DNA of 64,000 bases from Xanthobacteraceae bacterium (GTDB taxonomy: Bacteria > Pseudomonadota > Alphaproteobacteria > Rhizobiales > Xanthobacteraceae): assembly GCA_035556495.1 (NCBI GenBank), contig DATMEW010000123.1, positions 11,137 to 75,136 of the forward strand. The letters run 5' to 3'. Shown here one piece after another: positions 1 to 10,701 of the stretch. The position numbers were made by a program, and so were the translations under genes. Within the stretch, counting starts at the first letter, position 1. Every line of letters begins with the position of its first letter. The notes under the pieces are model-generated. The model saw nothing but the letters and a program-made list of their open reading frames with translations. It did no database searches and had not been told where the DNA came from.

Positions 1-1
1 G

Positions 2-1594
2 GGCGGTTTCGTGCTGAAGAAGGGCACCACCATCGGCGCGGCTGAGATCGCGGCGCTGAAGGAGGCCGGTGTCGGCCAGGTGGTGATCGCGCGGCTCGAT
101 CCCGGCGACGTGCCGGAGGACGAGGCCGCCGGCGTGCTCGCGCAGGCGCTGGCCGGCGAAGGCGTGCGGGTGGACCGGCCGTTCACGGGACGCTCGAACC
201 TGTTCGCGGATGCGGCGGGCGTGCTGGTGGTGGACAAGGACGCCATCGACGCCCTGAACCGTGTCGACGAGGCCGTGACCTTCGCGACGTTGCCCGCTTT
301 CAAGCCGGTGGTGGCGGGAGAGATGATCGGCACCGTGAAGATCATCCCCTTCGCGGTGGAAGCTGCGGTGCAGCAGCGCGCGCTGGATGTCATCCGCAAC
401 GCCGGGCCGCTGATGAAGGTCGCGCCCTATCGCATCCGCAAGGTCGGCGTGGTGTCCACCATCCTGCCGGGCCTTTCGCCCAAGGTGATCGACAAGACGC
501 TCAAGGTCACCGCCGAACGCCTCGCGCCGGCGGAGGCGGTGATCGTCGCGGAGCGGCGCGTGCCGCATGAGCAGGGAGCGCTGGCGAAGGCCGTCGCCGA
601 GGTGCTGCGCGAAGGCGCGGAACTGGTGCTGGTGTTCGGCGCTTCCGCCATCGCGGACCGGCGCGACGTGATCCCGGCGGCGGTGGAAGCCATCGGCGGG
701 CGCGTGGAACATTTCGGCATGCCGGTCGATCCCGGCAACCTCCTCATGATCGCCGATATCGGCGGCCGCCCCCTGCTGGGCGCGCCGGGCTGCGCCCGCA
801 GCCCCAAGGAGAACGGCTTCGACTGGGTGCTTTCGCGGCTGCTGGCCGGCCTGCCGGTGCCGCGCGAGCAGGTCACCGGCATGGGTGTCGGCGGGCTTCT
901 GATGGAGATCATCACGCGGCCCCAGCCTCGCGACGAGCCGGTGGCGGCCGATCAGCCGCATGTCGCGGCGGTGGTGCTTGCGGCCGGCAAGTCAACGCGG
1001 ATGGGCGGCCCCAACAAGCTGCTGGCGGACATCGGCGGCAAGCCGCTCGTGCGCATCGCGGCCGAGGCGGCGGTGGCGTCCCGCGCGAAGCCGGTCGTCG
1101 TCGTCACCGGCCATCAGGCGATCCAGGTCGCGGAGGCGCTGCACGGGCTCGATGTGCGCGTCGTTCATAATCCGGATTATGCGGACGGGCTCGGCGCGTC
1201 GCTGCGGACCGGGATCGCGGCCGTGCCGGCGGAAGCCGATGGGGCCATCGTCTGCCTCGCGGACATGCCGCAGGTCGATGCGGCGCTGATCGACCGGCTG
1301 GTCGGCGCCTTCGCCCCGGCGCGCGGCGCGCTCGCCGTCGTGCCGACCGTGAACGGCCAGCGTGGCAACCCCGTGGTCTGGGCACGACGCTTCTTTCCTG
1401 AACTCATGTCGATTTCGGGCGACATCGGCGCGCGTGAATTGATCGCCCGTTATGGCGAGGCGGTGCTTGAAGTGGCGATGGATGGCAGCGCAACGGCCAT
1501 CGATGTCGATACCCCCGAGGCGCTTGCGGCCGTCCGGGGCCACAGCGATCGCGGCGCGCGCGTTTCCGTCTCAGCGCCGCATGAGAACGCCTAG
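2..1594 (+). CDS. Fusion protein: molybdopterin-binding (MoCF/MoeA-CinA type) domain + MobA/MocA-like nucleotidyltransferase; 5' end cut by the window edge
   Basis: Frame stays open to position 2 (GGFVLKKG...). The C-terminal half has an NTP-transferase signature (VVLAAGKSTRMGGPNKLL ... CLADMP). The central part has a MoCF-type motif (LVLVFGASAIADRRDVIP). Confidence 0.7.
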   Translation, partial: GGFVLKKGTTIGAAEIAALKEAGVGQVVIARLDPGDVPEDEAAGVLAQALAGEGVRVDRPFTGRSNLFADAAGVLVVDKDAIDALNRVDEAVTFATLPAFKPVVAGEMIGTVKIIPFAVEAAVQQRALDVIRNAGPLMKVAPYRIRKVGVVSTILPGLSPKVIDKTLKVTAERLAPAEAVIVAERRVPHEQGALAKAVAEVLREGAELVLVFGASAIADRRDVIPAAVEAIGGRVEHFGMPVDPGNLLMIADIGGRPLLGAPGCARSPKENGFDWVLSRLLAGLPVPREQVTGMGVGGLLMEIITRPQPRDEPVAADQPHVAAVVLAAGKSTRMGGPNKLLADIGGKPLVRIAAEAAVASRAKPVVVVTGHQAIQVAEALHGLDVRVVHNPDYADGLGASLRTGIAAVPAEADGAIVCLADMPQVDAALIDRLVGAFAPARGALAVVPTVNGQRGNPVVWARRFFPELMSISGDIGARELIARYGEAVLEVAMDGSATAIDVDTPEALAAVRGHSDRGARVSVSAPHENA

Positions 1595-2293
1595 GCGAAT
1601 GTAGGGTTCGCCCGGTCTGCCGTCTTCCTTGAGATAGCCTGCGGCGGTGGACCATTCGAGCGCGCCGGTCGTCACGCCAGTCAGATGCAGGCCGAACCGG
1701 ATCTGCCGATAGACCGCATCGCCGCTGCTCTGAATCTCCGGGCCGATCCAGCCGAGCGGCTGGAACTTCCAACCCAGCGCCAGCCGTGCCGAATAGCCCA
1801 TGCCGATGGTGGAAGCGGAAACCGTTGCAGTGGCCATCAGCCTTTCGGTCGGCTCGAACCAGACGTCTGCGCCGAACCGCAAGCCGGTATGGTCGCCGCG
1901 CATGCGGTTGGCGGGGTCGTCCGGGTACAGGCGATGCGTCTGCGTTTCGGGGCCGGCATAGACGAAGGCTTCGAAGCGGTCGGCCTTGAGCCGCCAGCCG
2001 GGCAAGGCTGCGACATAGCGGTGGCGTCCGTAGACCGGCGCGCCGTTCGCTTCATAGCCATAGAGCCCGCCGCCCATCAGCAGCTTGAAGGTGAAGCCCG
2101 GGGCATCGAGGCCGCCGGGAGACCACAGCAGGCCGCCATAGAGCGCATGGCCGCCGCGCCAGAGTTCGGCTCCGCTGAACAGGAGATGATGCTGCTGCGC
2201 CTGACGTGACACATCGGGAGCGTCAGCTTCCGCGGGCATAACCCATGCGGTCAGCAGCAAGGCCGATATGCGGATGCCTGGTTTGATACACAC
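1571..2293 (-). CDS. BcsS-like outer-membrane beta-barrel protein (orphan, no other bcs genes nearby)
   Basis: Only the 3' part of the 708-aa track ORF looks coding. GTG at 2293 gives signal peptide MCIKPGIRISALLLTAWVMPAEA. Alternating aromatic/Gly-rich beta-barrel sequence (LWSPGGLDAPGFTFKLLMGGGLYGY...) resembles the BcsS family. The upstream extension is antisense to the LLM gene. Confidence 0.5.
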   Translation of the reverse strand: MCIKPGIRISALLLTAWVMPAEADAPDVSRQAQQHHLLFSGAELWRGGHALYGGLLWSPGGLDAPGFTFKLLMGGGLYGYEANGAPVYGRHRYVAALPGWRLKADRFEAFVYAGPETQTHRLYPDDPANRMRGDHTGLRFGADVWFEPTERLMATATVSASTIGMGYSARLALGWKFQPLGWIGPEIQSSGDAVYRQIRFGLHLTGVTTGALEWSTAAGYLKEDGRPGEPYIRLGVLMRR

Positions 2294-2530
2294 ATCACAC
2301 GACCGCAAGCCACCTGTCAGAAAGATTAAAGCTTGATGAAAATCTTTATGCAAGTGCAGGAACGCGAACCGCTCGTCGCAGGCAGGTCTGGCCATTAACG
2401 CCCGATATGTCCGATCAGCTCTGTGTTCGATAAGCTTCATGATCGAGTGGAAGGCGCGGCCATTGGCTGTTAAACAGAGGCTCAATGCGAGCCGGGGCGA
2501 ATGTTCGCCAGTGCGGCCAAGGGGGAATGA

Positions 2531-3748
2531 ATGAAAGTCTTTGTGTTCGATCTTCTGCCCTATGGAGAACATCTGGATGCGCTGGAAACCGGCTCCGCGC
2601 TGCCGTATCCGCTCGGTGGCTCGTATTTTAAATCCGATGTGGCGGTGCGGACTTATGCGGAGCATCTGGAGGCATGGGAAGCCCTCGACCGGTACGGCTA
2701 TGACGGCGTCGGCTTCAACGAGCACCACACCTCGCCCTATGGTCTGATGAATTCGCCGAACCTGATGGCGGCTGCCGCATCGCAGCGCACGAAGAACCTG
2801 TCGCTGTTGATTTACGGTAACCTGTTGCCGCTGCATCAGCCGCTGCGCCTCGCCGAAGAACTGGCGATGATCGACTGCCTCTCCAACGGGCGGCTGATCG
2901 CGGGCGTCGCGCGCGGCATTCCGCGCGAATATGCGGTGCACAGCATCCCGATGTCGGAATCCCGCGCGCGTTTCGAGGAAGCCTATGACATTCTCGTCGG
3001 CGCCTGGACGCAGGAGGTGTTTTCCTACGAGGGCAAGTTTCACAGCTACAGGGATATTTCGCTGTGGCCGCGTCCTGTGCAGCAGCCGCATCCGCCGATC
3101 TGGACGCCGATCACCGGCAGCAAGGAATCCATCGAATTCGCTGGCCTGAAGAACATGCCCATCACGCCGGGCGAGAGCACGGCGAGCGTCGCGGGCTTGC
3201 AGCAGGACATCATCCGCTACTATGCGAAATGTCTGGCGCAGGCCGGGCACAGGATGACCACGGGCCATCTCAGCATCGCCCAAAGCGCCTATATCGCCGA
3301 CAGCAAGGCGCAGGCCGTGCGCGAGGCGGGGCCTTATCTGCTGTATTTCAATCGCACCCTGTTCAGCCATGGCAACGTGACGGAGACGGCGTTGCAGCGC
3401 CAGACCGGTTACATGAGCGCGGCGTCCCATGACTATGTGCGGCCGGAGAATCTGCCGCAGGCCGCGCGCCTGCGCGAGAATTTCCGCAACATGACCATGG
3501 CGGATGTCGAGCGCCGTGCCGAGGACATGGCCTGGGGCACGCCGGACGAGGTCGCCGAGCGCATCATCGAGGCGGCGGACCGTGCCGGCGCGGAGACGGT
3601 TCATGTGCGCATGAACACCGGGGCCATGCCCCATGAGATGTTCATGGAGCAGATCCGCCGCTTCGCGGAACAAGTGCTGCCGCGGCTTCAGGCCCACAAG
3701 GTCAAGCTTGCGCCGGTGGTCGAGGAAGCGATCGCGGAAACGGTGTAG
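2531..3748 (+). CDS. LLM-class (luciferase-like) flavin-dependent oxidoreductase
   Basis: Motifs FNEHHTSPYG, LAEELAMIDCLSNGRLIAGVARG; SD GGGGGAA upstream of the ATG. Confidence 0.8.
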   Translation: MKVFVFDLLPYGEHLDALETGSALPYPLGGSYFKSDVAVRTYAEHLEAWEALDRYGYDGVGFNEHHTSPYGLMNSPNLMAAAASQRTKNLSLLIYGNLLPLHQPLRLAEELAMIDCLSNGRLIAGVARGIPREYAVHSIPMSESRARFEEAYDILVGAWTQEVFSYEGKFHSYRDISLWPRPVQQPHPPIWTPITGSKESIEFAGLKNMPITPGESTASVAGLQQDIIRYYAKCLAQAGHRMTTGHLSIAQSAYIADSKAQAVREAGPYLLYFNRTLFSHGNVTETALQRQTGYMSAASHDYVRPENLPQAARLRENFRNMTMADVERRAEDMAWGTPDEVAERIIEAADRAGAETVHVRMNTGAMPHEMFMEQIRRFAEQVLPRLQAHKVKLAPVVEEAIAETV

Positions 3749-3960
3749 TCAACACGGCGCGCCGGAAGGCAGGCTGGCCGGCGTTGGGCAGTTCGGGCGG
3801 GCGCGGTCGATGCGTCCGCCGGCACGCCTGCCGGTATGTCTCATGATGAGCAGGCGCGCCGTGGCGATATCGATCGATGCACGTTCATTCGGTCAGACCT
3901 GATGCTTGTCCGCATGAGTCCGCCTGGACGATGAGAGGTTGTCGCCAGGGCTTTTCCCCA

Positions 3961-3987
3961 CCCCCGGCTCAAGTCGGGGGGCTTTTT
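3961..3987 (+). terminator. Intrinsic terminator (plus-strand sense only)
   Basis: CCCCCG-N8-CGGGGG stem followed by GCTTTTTC. Confidence 0.45.
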
Positions 3988-3999
3988 CGGGATCGTGCT

Positions 4000-4464
4000 C
4001 TAGATCGTCGGTGCGACGATGAGGTCCGTTGTCGTCGCGCCCGTGCGGCGCTGGATCTCTTCGGCGATCCATTGCCGGTGGCAATGATGAGCGTCGCGCT
4101 CGTAGCAGAGCAGGCAGACCCGCCGGCCGGACCGCACGATGGATTCCAGTTCATCCATCTGTTCACGGGCCTGCGGCGTTTTCAGGTGCGCCGCGTAGAT
4201 ATGGAACAGCTCGTCCATTTTGCCGGCCCGCGCCGCAAGCCGGCCGTCCTTCGGCGTGCCGAGGCCGCGCAGGTGCAGATAGCCGATGCCTTGGGTGTCG
4301 AGTTCGGCGGCGAGCTGGCGCTTGGAGAAGCCGGGGCGGCGCGAGGCGGCAATCGCGCGGACATCCACCAGCAGATCGATTTTCGCGGCCGAGACTTCGT
4401 CGAGAAACGGCGCGGGCGGCGTCTTCTCGTAGCCGATGGTAAAAAGGCGGGGCTTCTTTGCCAT
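4000..4464 (-). CDS. DUF488 family protein
   Basis: Start MAKKPRLFTIGYE at 4464. Typical DUF488 motifs LVDVR...SRRPGFSK and LLCYERDAHHCHR. The track ORF's N-terminal extension runs into a repeat element. Confidence 0.75.
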   Translation of the reverse strand: MAKKPRLFTIGYEKTPPAPFLDEVSAAKIDLLVDVRAIAASRRPGFSKRQLAAELDTQGIGYLHLRGLGTPKDGRLAARAGKMDELFHIYAAHLKTPQAREQMDELESIVRSGRRVCLLCYERDAHHCHRQWIAEEIQRRTGATTTDLIVAPTI

Positions 4465-4631
4465 GGCCGGATGATAGGCCCGGTCCTCCTGCGCCAGAAG
4501 CGCGCGGATCGCAGGGCGGCTATCGAAGTTTGGCAGGGATGGCCGGAAAATCCGGCGGATCATGCGGAAAAAGTCAGGCCGGGCAGAGCCCGGCCTGATG
4601 AGTTCTGATCTGCTGGGCGGCGGACTTCCTG

Positions 4632-4678
4632 GAGCATGATCCTGAAAAGTGGAAACCGGTTTTCGGATCAGATCATGC
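4632..4678. repeat. REP/MITE-like imperfect palindrome (GAGCATGATC...GATCATGCTC), copy 1
   Basis: The 47-nt core matches the reverse complement of 41610-41656 with 4 mismatches (hand alignment). Confidence 0.75.
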
Positions 4679-4710
4679 TCGAACAAGAACTTTAGAAGTC
4701 CATGCCGCCA

Positions 4711-4736
4711 CTGAAGCCGGCTGTTGCCGGCTTCAG
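4711..4736 (-). terminator. Hairpin downstream of groEL (putative groESL terminator, no clear U-tract)
   Basis: Perfect 11-bp stem CTGAAGCCGGC-TGTT-GCCGGCTTCAG. Confidence 0.45.
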
Positions 4737-4766
4737 CATTTCAGGTTCGCTTGGGCGGCGGACTTC

Positions 4767-6428
<1,662 letters not shown>

Positions 6429-6450
6429 TTATGCAGATCGGGGGCGCGCG

Positions 6451-6765
6451 TCAGGCGGCCTTCTTGCGGGGGGCGTCCTGGGTCAGCACGCCCAGAATGT
6501 CGCTTTCCTTCATGATGAGGAGATCGACGCCGTCGATCTTCACCTCGGTGCCGGACCACTTGCCGAACAGCACCCGGTCGCCAGCCTTCACGTCCAGCGG
6601 AACCAGCTTGCCGGCTTCGTCCCGCGCGCCGGGACCGACGGCGATGACTTCGCCTTTGCTCGGCTTCTCCTTGGCGTTGTCCGGAATGATGATGCCGCCG
6701 GCGGTCTTTTCCTCGGCTTCGAGGCGCTTGACGACGACCCGGTCGTGAAGCGGACGGAATGTCAT
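6451..6765 (-). CDS. groES: Co-chaperonin GroES
   Basis: [29 protein letters not shown]...; 104 aa, ATG at 6765, 37 nt upstream of groEL. Confidence 0.95.
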   Translation of the reverse strand: MTFRPLHDRVVVKRLEAEEKTAGGIIIPDNAKEKPSKGEVIAVGPGARDEAGKLVPLDVKAGDRVLFGKWSGTEVKIDGVDLLIMKESDILGVLTQDAPRKKAA

Positions 6766-6880
6766 GGGGAACTCCCTGATCCTTGACTGAAACGATCGAT
6801 GGCCGGGCGCGAAATCCAGTCCCGACTCGCGAGCGAGATAAGGAGGCAGGGATGGCACGCAAGACCCTCGGGCGGAATTT

Positions 6881-6907
6881 TTAGCACTCAAGCCGGTCGA
6901 GTGCTAG
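6881..6907 (-). promoter_or_regulatory. CIRCE element (HrcA operator) upstream of groES
   Basis: TTAGCACTC-N9-GAGTGCTAG, one mismatch to consensus TTAGCACTC-N9-GAGTGCTAA. Confidence 0.85.
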
Positions 6908-7088
6908 CAGAACGCGCCGGCGGCGAGTGTGCAGCGGGCGGCAGGCTCTGCTGGCGGGCAAGTCGAAATCCCGCCAGGTATCTGAATTTAATGGGCAATA
7001 TTCCATCGTTGATGCGGCCGGCGCGGCGCGCAGGGTTAACCCTGCCTGCCGAATTCCGGAGCGGATCGCGCGCCGGTGGGCTTCGAAT

Positions 7089-7892
7089 TCAGTTCGTGCC
7101 GCCGGTCTTGCGGGCCACGGTGTCGGAGGCCGGCTGCCCCGTATCGGCGGGCGCGTTGCGATAGGGCGGCCGGGGAATGCTGTTGTGGGCCGCGCGCAGG
7201 GCGGCGGACCAGCGTTCGCGCAGGTCGTGGAAGTAAGGCTCGCCGGGTTCGATCCGGTAGTCGAGTTCCGCCGCGCAGGCGTCGCGCCGCGCGATCATGA
7301 TATCGATCGGCATGCCGACGCCGAGGTTGGAGCGCATGGTCGAATCCACCGACACCAGCCCGATCTTCAGCGCGTCATAAAGATCGAGGTCGTGGGTGAT
7401 CGCCCGGTCCAGCACCGGCTTGCCGTATTTATGCTCGCCGATTTGCAGATAGGGCGTGTCCTCGGTGCATTCGATGAAGTTGCCGGCCGAGTAGATCATG
7501 AACAGCCGCAGCGGGCCGCCCCTGATCTGCCCGCCGAACAGGAACGAAACGTCGTATTTGACGTCTGCCGCAACCATCGCCGGCCCCTCGACGGCATAGA
7601 CTGCGCGGATGGCATGGCCCACACGCTGGGCCGCCTGGAACATCGTGGGTGCGTTCGTCAGCGTCTCGATCTCGCCGGTCTCCGGATTCGGCGTGCCTTC
7701 GATCAGCGTGCTGACGACGGACTGGGTCATGGACAGGTTGCCGGCGGTCGCCAGCGCCATGATATGCTCGCCCGGCTCGCTGAAGACATGCAGCTTGCGG
7801 AAAGTCGAGATATTGTCGAGGCCCGCATTCGTGCGCGTGTCCGCGATCATCACAAGGCCGTCGTGGACCAGAATTCCGCAGCAATAGGTCAT
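7089..7892 (-). CDS. Anbu-type proteasome beta-subunit homologue (Ntn hydrolase)
   Basis: Starts MTYCCGILVHDGLVMIADTRTNAG (Thr right after Met). The proteasome-like GNLS...TQ pattern follows. ATG at 7892. Confidence 0.65.
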   Translation of the reverse strand: MTYCCGILVHDGLVMIADTRTNAGLDNISTFRKLHVFSEPGEHIMALATAGNLSMTQSVVSTLIEGTPNPETGEIETLTNAPTMFQAAQRVGHAIRAVYAVEGPAMVAADVKYDVSFLFGGQIRGGPLRLFMIYSAGNFIECTEDTPYLQIGEHKYGKPVLDRAITHDLDLYDALKIGLVSVDSTMRSNLGVGMPIDIMIARRDACAAELDYRIEPGEPYFHDLRERWSAALRAAHNSIPRPPYRNAPADTGQPASDTVARKTGGTN

Positions 7893-8107
7893 GATTATCC
7901 GATCGCGACAGGGGCGGTTCGTTATAGCCGCGCCGCGCCGGCCCGAGCAACGGACAATGGCCTGCATATGGCGCCGTGCGTCGGAGGCGGCGGGCATCTG
8001 CCGGCAGTCCGCCGGAGTCTCGTCGGCCGGCTTGATGGGGCGCAGGCCAAAATGGCAGGATTCGGCCGGACAGACTCAATTTCCGCTCATTATCGGACCT
8101 CGCCATC

Positions 8108-8857
8108 ATGCCAGCGCACATTCCGCCCGCCGAAATCGTCACAGCCGGCATGCTGGTGATCGGTGACGAAATCCTGTCCGGACGGACCAAGGACCGGAAC
8201 ATCGGCCACCTCGCGGAGACCATGACGGCGGTCGGCATCGACCTGCGGGAGGTCCGCGTGGTCGCCGACATCGAGGAGGAAATCGTTGCCGCTCTGAACG
8301 CCCTGCGGAGCCGCTACAGTTACGTTTTCACCACGGGCGGCATCGGGCCGACCCACGACGATATCACCGCTGACAGCGTCGCCAGGGCCTTCCAGGTGCC
8401 GATTGACGTGGACCCCCGCGCGGTCGCGATGATGGAGGCGCGCTTCCCCGGCCGGCCGATGAACGAGGCCCGGCTGCGCATGGCCCGCATCCCCGAGGGC
8501 GCCGAACTGGTGGATGCTGGGGGCATGGGCGCGCCGGGCTTCTGGATCGGCAATGTGATCGTCATGGCCGGAGTGCCCGGCATCATGCAGACCATGCTGG
8601 CCGGGCTGGTGCCGAAGCTCGCCAAGGGCGCGAAAATCCTCTCGGAGACTGTCCGGGCGGATGCCCGGGAGGGCGATATCGGCACGGAACTCCGCGCCGT
8701 CGCCGAGGCGCATCCGGATGTGATGATCGGCAGCTATCCTTTCACCGACGAGGGCGGCCCCAATACCAACCTGGTCATCCGCTCCCGCGATCCCATGCGG
8801 CTGGAAGCCGCGCGGACGGCGGTGGTGACGATGCTGGCGGAGGTCAAGGCGCGATGA
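8108..8857 (+). CDS. CinA-like molybdopterin-binding (MoCF_biosynth) domain protein
   Basis: VIGDEILSGRTKDRN...TTGGIGPTHDDIT motif. Confidence 0.75.
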   Translation: MPAHIPPAEIVTAGMLVIGDEILSGRTKDRNIGHLAETMTAVGIDLREVRVVADIEEEIVAALNALRSRYSYVFTTGGIGPTHDDITADSVARAFQVPIDVDPRAVAMMEARFPGRPMNEARLRMARIPEGAELVDAGGMGAPGFWIGNVIVMAGVPGIMQTMLAGLVPKLAKGAKILSETVRADAREGDIGTELRAVAEAHPDVMIGSYPFTDEGGPNTNLVIRSRDPMRLEAARTAVVTMLAEVKAR

Positions 8858-9276
8858 TGGCGGCCGCACCCGATGCCGGTCCGGAGCGGGAGCTGGTGGT
8901 CCGCGTCGTCGCCATGCCGCGCGACACCAATCCCGCCGGGGATATGTTCGGCGGCTGGATTCTCAGCCAGATGGACCTCGCGGCCTATCTGCATTCCCGC
9001 AAGCTCTCGGCGCACCGGGTCGTGACTGTCGCCATCGACAACATCGTGTTCCACCGCCCGGTCTATGTCGGTGACTGCCTCGTCTGCTACGCGACCACGG
9101 AGCGGATCGGCCGCACCAGCATCACCGTGAAGATCGAGGCGCTGGTGGAGCGGGCGGCGGGCCACGCCGAGGAAAAAGTGACCGAGGGCCGGTTCGTCTT
9201 TGTCGCCATCGGTCCAGACCGGCAGCCGGTGCCGCTGCTGGCCGACCCTTCGCCGGGCGGCGACGGGCCGGCCTGA
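8854..9276 (+). CDS. Acyl-CoA thioesterase (hotdog fold, YciA-like)
   Basis: PRDTNPAGDMFGGWILSQMDLAA...VAIDNIVFHRPV; ATGA overlap with the upstream gene. Confidence 0.8.
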   Translation: MMAAAPDAGPERELVVRVVAMPRDTNPAGDMFGGWILSQMDLAAYLHSRKLSAHRVVTVAIDNIVFHRPVYVGDCLVCYATTERIGRTSITVKIEALVERAAGHAEEKVTEGRFVFVAIGPDRQPVPLLADPSPGGDGPA

Positions 9277-9387
9277 GTCCCGTTCGGGCGGTTGCGGGCT
9301 GTTGACGGCCGCCGCTGGAAGCACGAGACCGCTTGCGGCGCCCGGCTTCTTCGTGCTGACACAGCCGGAAAGTGTCTGGATGCAGCA

Positions 9388-9900
9388 ATGACTGACGAGC
9401 CTCATGACGGCGGGCTTCCGCCGAAAGCCTTTCCAGTGTCGTGGGATCAGTTCCATCGCGACGCCCGTGCGCTGGCCTGGCGGCTGGCGGGAGCCGGGCC
9501 GTTCGAGGCCATCGTCTGCGTCACGCGGGGCGGATTGGTGCCGGCGGCCATCGTCGCGCGGGAACTGGATATCCGGCTGATCGAGACCATCTGCATCGTC
9601 AGCTATCAGGGCCAGGTCCAGCAAAGCGAACTCAGCGTCCTGAAAGGGGTCGCAGAGAGCCTCAGCAGCGGCGGCGGCGAGCGGGTGCTGATCGTCGACG
9701 ATCTGGTGGATACCGGCAAGACCGCGCGGGTGGTGCGCAACATTCTTCCGAAAGCGCATTTCGCCACGGTCTATGCCAAGCCCATGGGCCGGCCGCTGGT
9801 GGACACCTTCATCACCGAAGTGTCGCAGGACACCTGGATCTTCTTCCCGTGGGATACCGGGCTGGCGTTCCAGCCGCCGATCCGCGCCGGCGGAAGCTGA
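9388..9900 (+). CDS. gpt: Xanthine-guanine phosphoribosyltransferase
   Basis: [16 protein letters not shown]..., PRPP motif [15 protein letters not shown]-terminal WIFFPWD. Confidence 0.85.
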   Translation: MTDEPHDGGLPPKAFPVSWDQFHRDARALAWRLAGAGPFEAIVCVTRGGLVPAAIVARELDIRLIETICIVSYQGQVQQSELSVLKGVAESLSSGGGERVLIVDDLVDTGKTARVVRNILPKAHFATVYAKPMGRPLVDTFITEVSQDTWIFFPWDTGLAFQPPIRAGGS

Positions 9901-9930
9901 CGGAGGCCGGCCTGATGGATAACGGCGGCG

Positions 9931-10016
9931 TGGTGCCCCCTGCCGGACTCGAACCGGCACGTCCGAAGGACTCAAGATTTTAAGTCTTGTATGTCTACCA
10001 ATTCCATCAAGGGGGC
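9931..10016 (-). tRNA. tRNA-Leu (anticodon TAA), long variable arm, encoded CCA
   Basis: Hand-folded cloverleaf: GCCCCCT acceptor, anticodon stem CAAGA/TCTTG with loop CTTAAAA, T-arm GCCGG-TTCGAGT-CCGGC. Confidence 0.9.
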
Positions 10017-10146
10017 AGTGCGGCCAGTTCTTAGCGGCAATCCCGCACAACTTGAAATCATTTCGAGCTGATTGGACGACGGCGGTCCGGATGGTATGGG
10101 TCGATGCGATATTCGCCCCCCGAACTGCCCGTTTCATCGAGGTGTC

Positions 10147-10572
10147 ATGACAAGCATTCGCAAGCGGATCGTACCGGGCGCCGGGACCGTGGCGGCGCTG
10201 GCGCTGGCCGGGATGCTCGCCGGCTGCGCCTCGACGCAGAATGGCGGCGGCGAGGGGCTTGCGACCGTCTTCGCCGATCCGGGGGAGTATCGCTATTACT
10301 CCTGCGTCCAGCTTGCCCAGGTCCATCGCGCGCAGAGCCAGCGGCGCGCCGAATTGTGGGCGCTCATGGTCCGCGCCGAACGCGCGCCCGGCGGCGTGCT
10401 CGCCAGCACGGTGGCCTATCGCGGCGACTATCTCGCCACCACCGGCCGCCTGAAATACATCAACGAAGCCCGCCGCGACCGCGACTGCGACCGCGAGGAT
10501 GCGCTGGAGGGACGGCCGCCGCTGGGCTCTCCTGCCGCGCGGGATGCCGGCCCCGCCGGGCCGAGAGCCTGA
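10147..10572 (+). CDS. Hypothetical lipoprotein
   Basis: Signal peptide with lipobox (ALALAGMLAGC) from the ATG at 10147. Confidence 0.5.
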   Translation: MTSIRKRIVPGAGTVAALALAGMLAGCASTQNGGGEGLATVFADPGEYRYYSCVQLAQVHRAQSQRRAELWALMVRAERAPGGVLASTVAYRGDYLATTGRLKYINEARRDRDCDREDALEGRPPLGSPAARDAGPAGPRA

Positions 10573-10701
10573 TCTTGGGTTCGAGCCCGCGCCGCTGAAG
10601 CGGGCTGTTTGATGACGTGAGCACACCCCGGCCCGAGGCGCGGCTTCCGCCGTGTCGGGCACGGCACTGGCCGCCGCGCCCGACATAGCGATCGCCGGCG
10701 A

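Noticed and set aside
2321-2347. AAAGATT-N13-AATCTTT inverted repeat in the BcsS-like/LLM divergent region
   Set aside because: The half-sites are short (7 bp) and AT-rich, with long spacing. This is too weak to call an operator without conservation data.
2294-3697. Upstream extension of the 1571-3697 minus-strand ORF (708 aa)
   Set aside because: Only the last 241 codons look like a real protein (signal peptide + beta-barrel). The remainder is antisense to the well-supported LLM oxidoreductase gene.
8734-10686. 650-aa minus-strand ORF
   Set aside because: It runs antisense through the CinA-like end, the thioesterase gene, gpt and even tRNA-Leu. It is Arg/Ala/Gly/Pro-rich with no motifs, so it is a shadow ORF.
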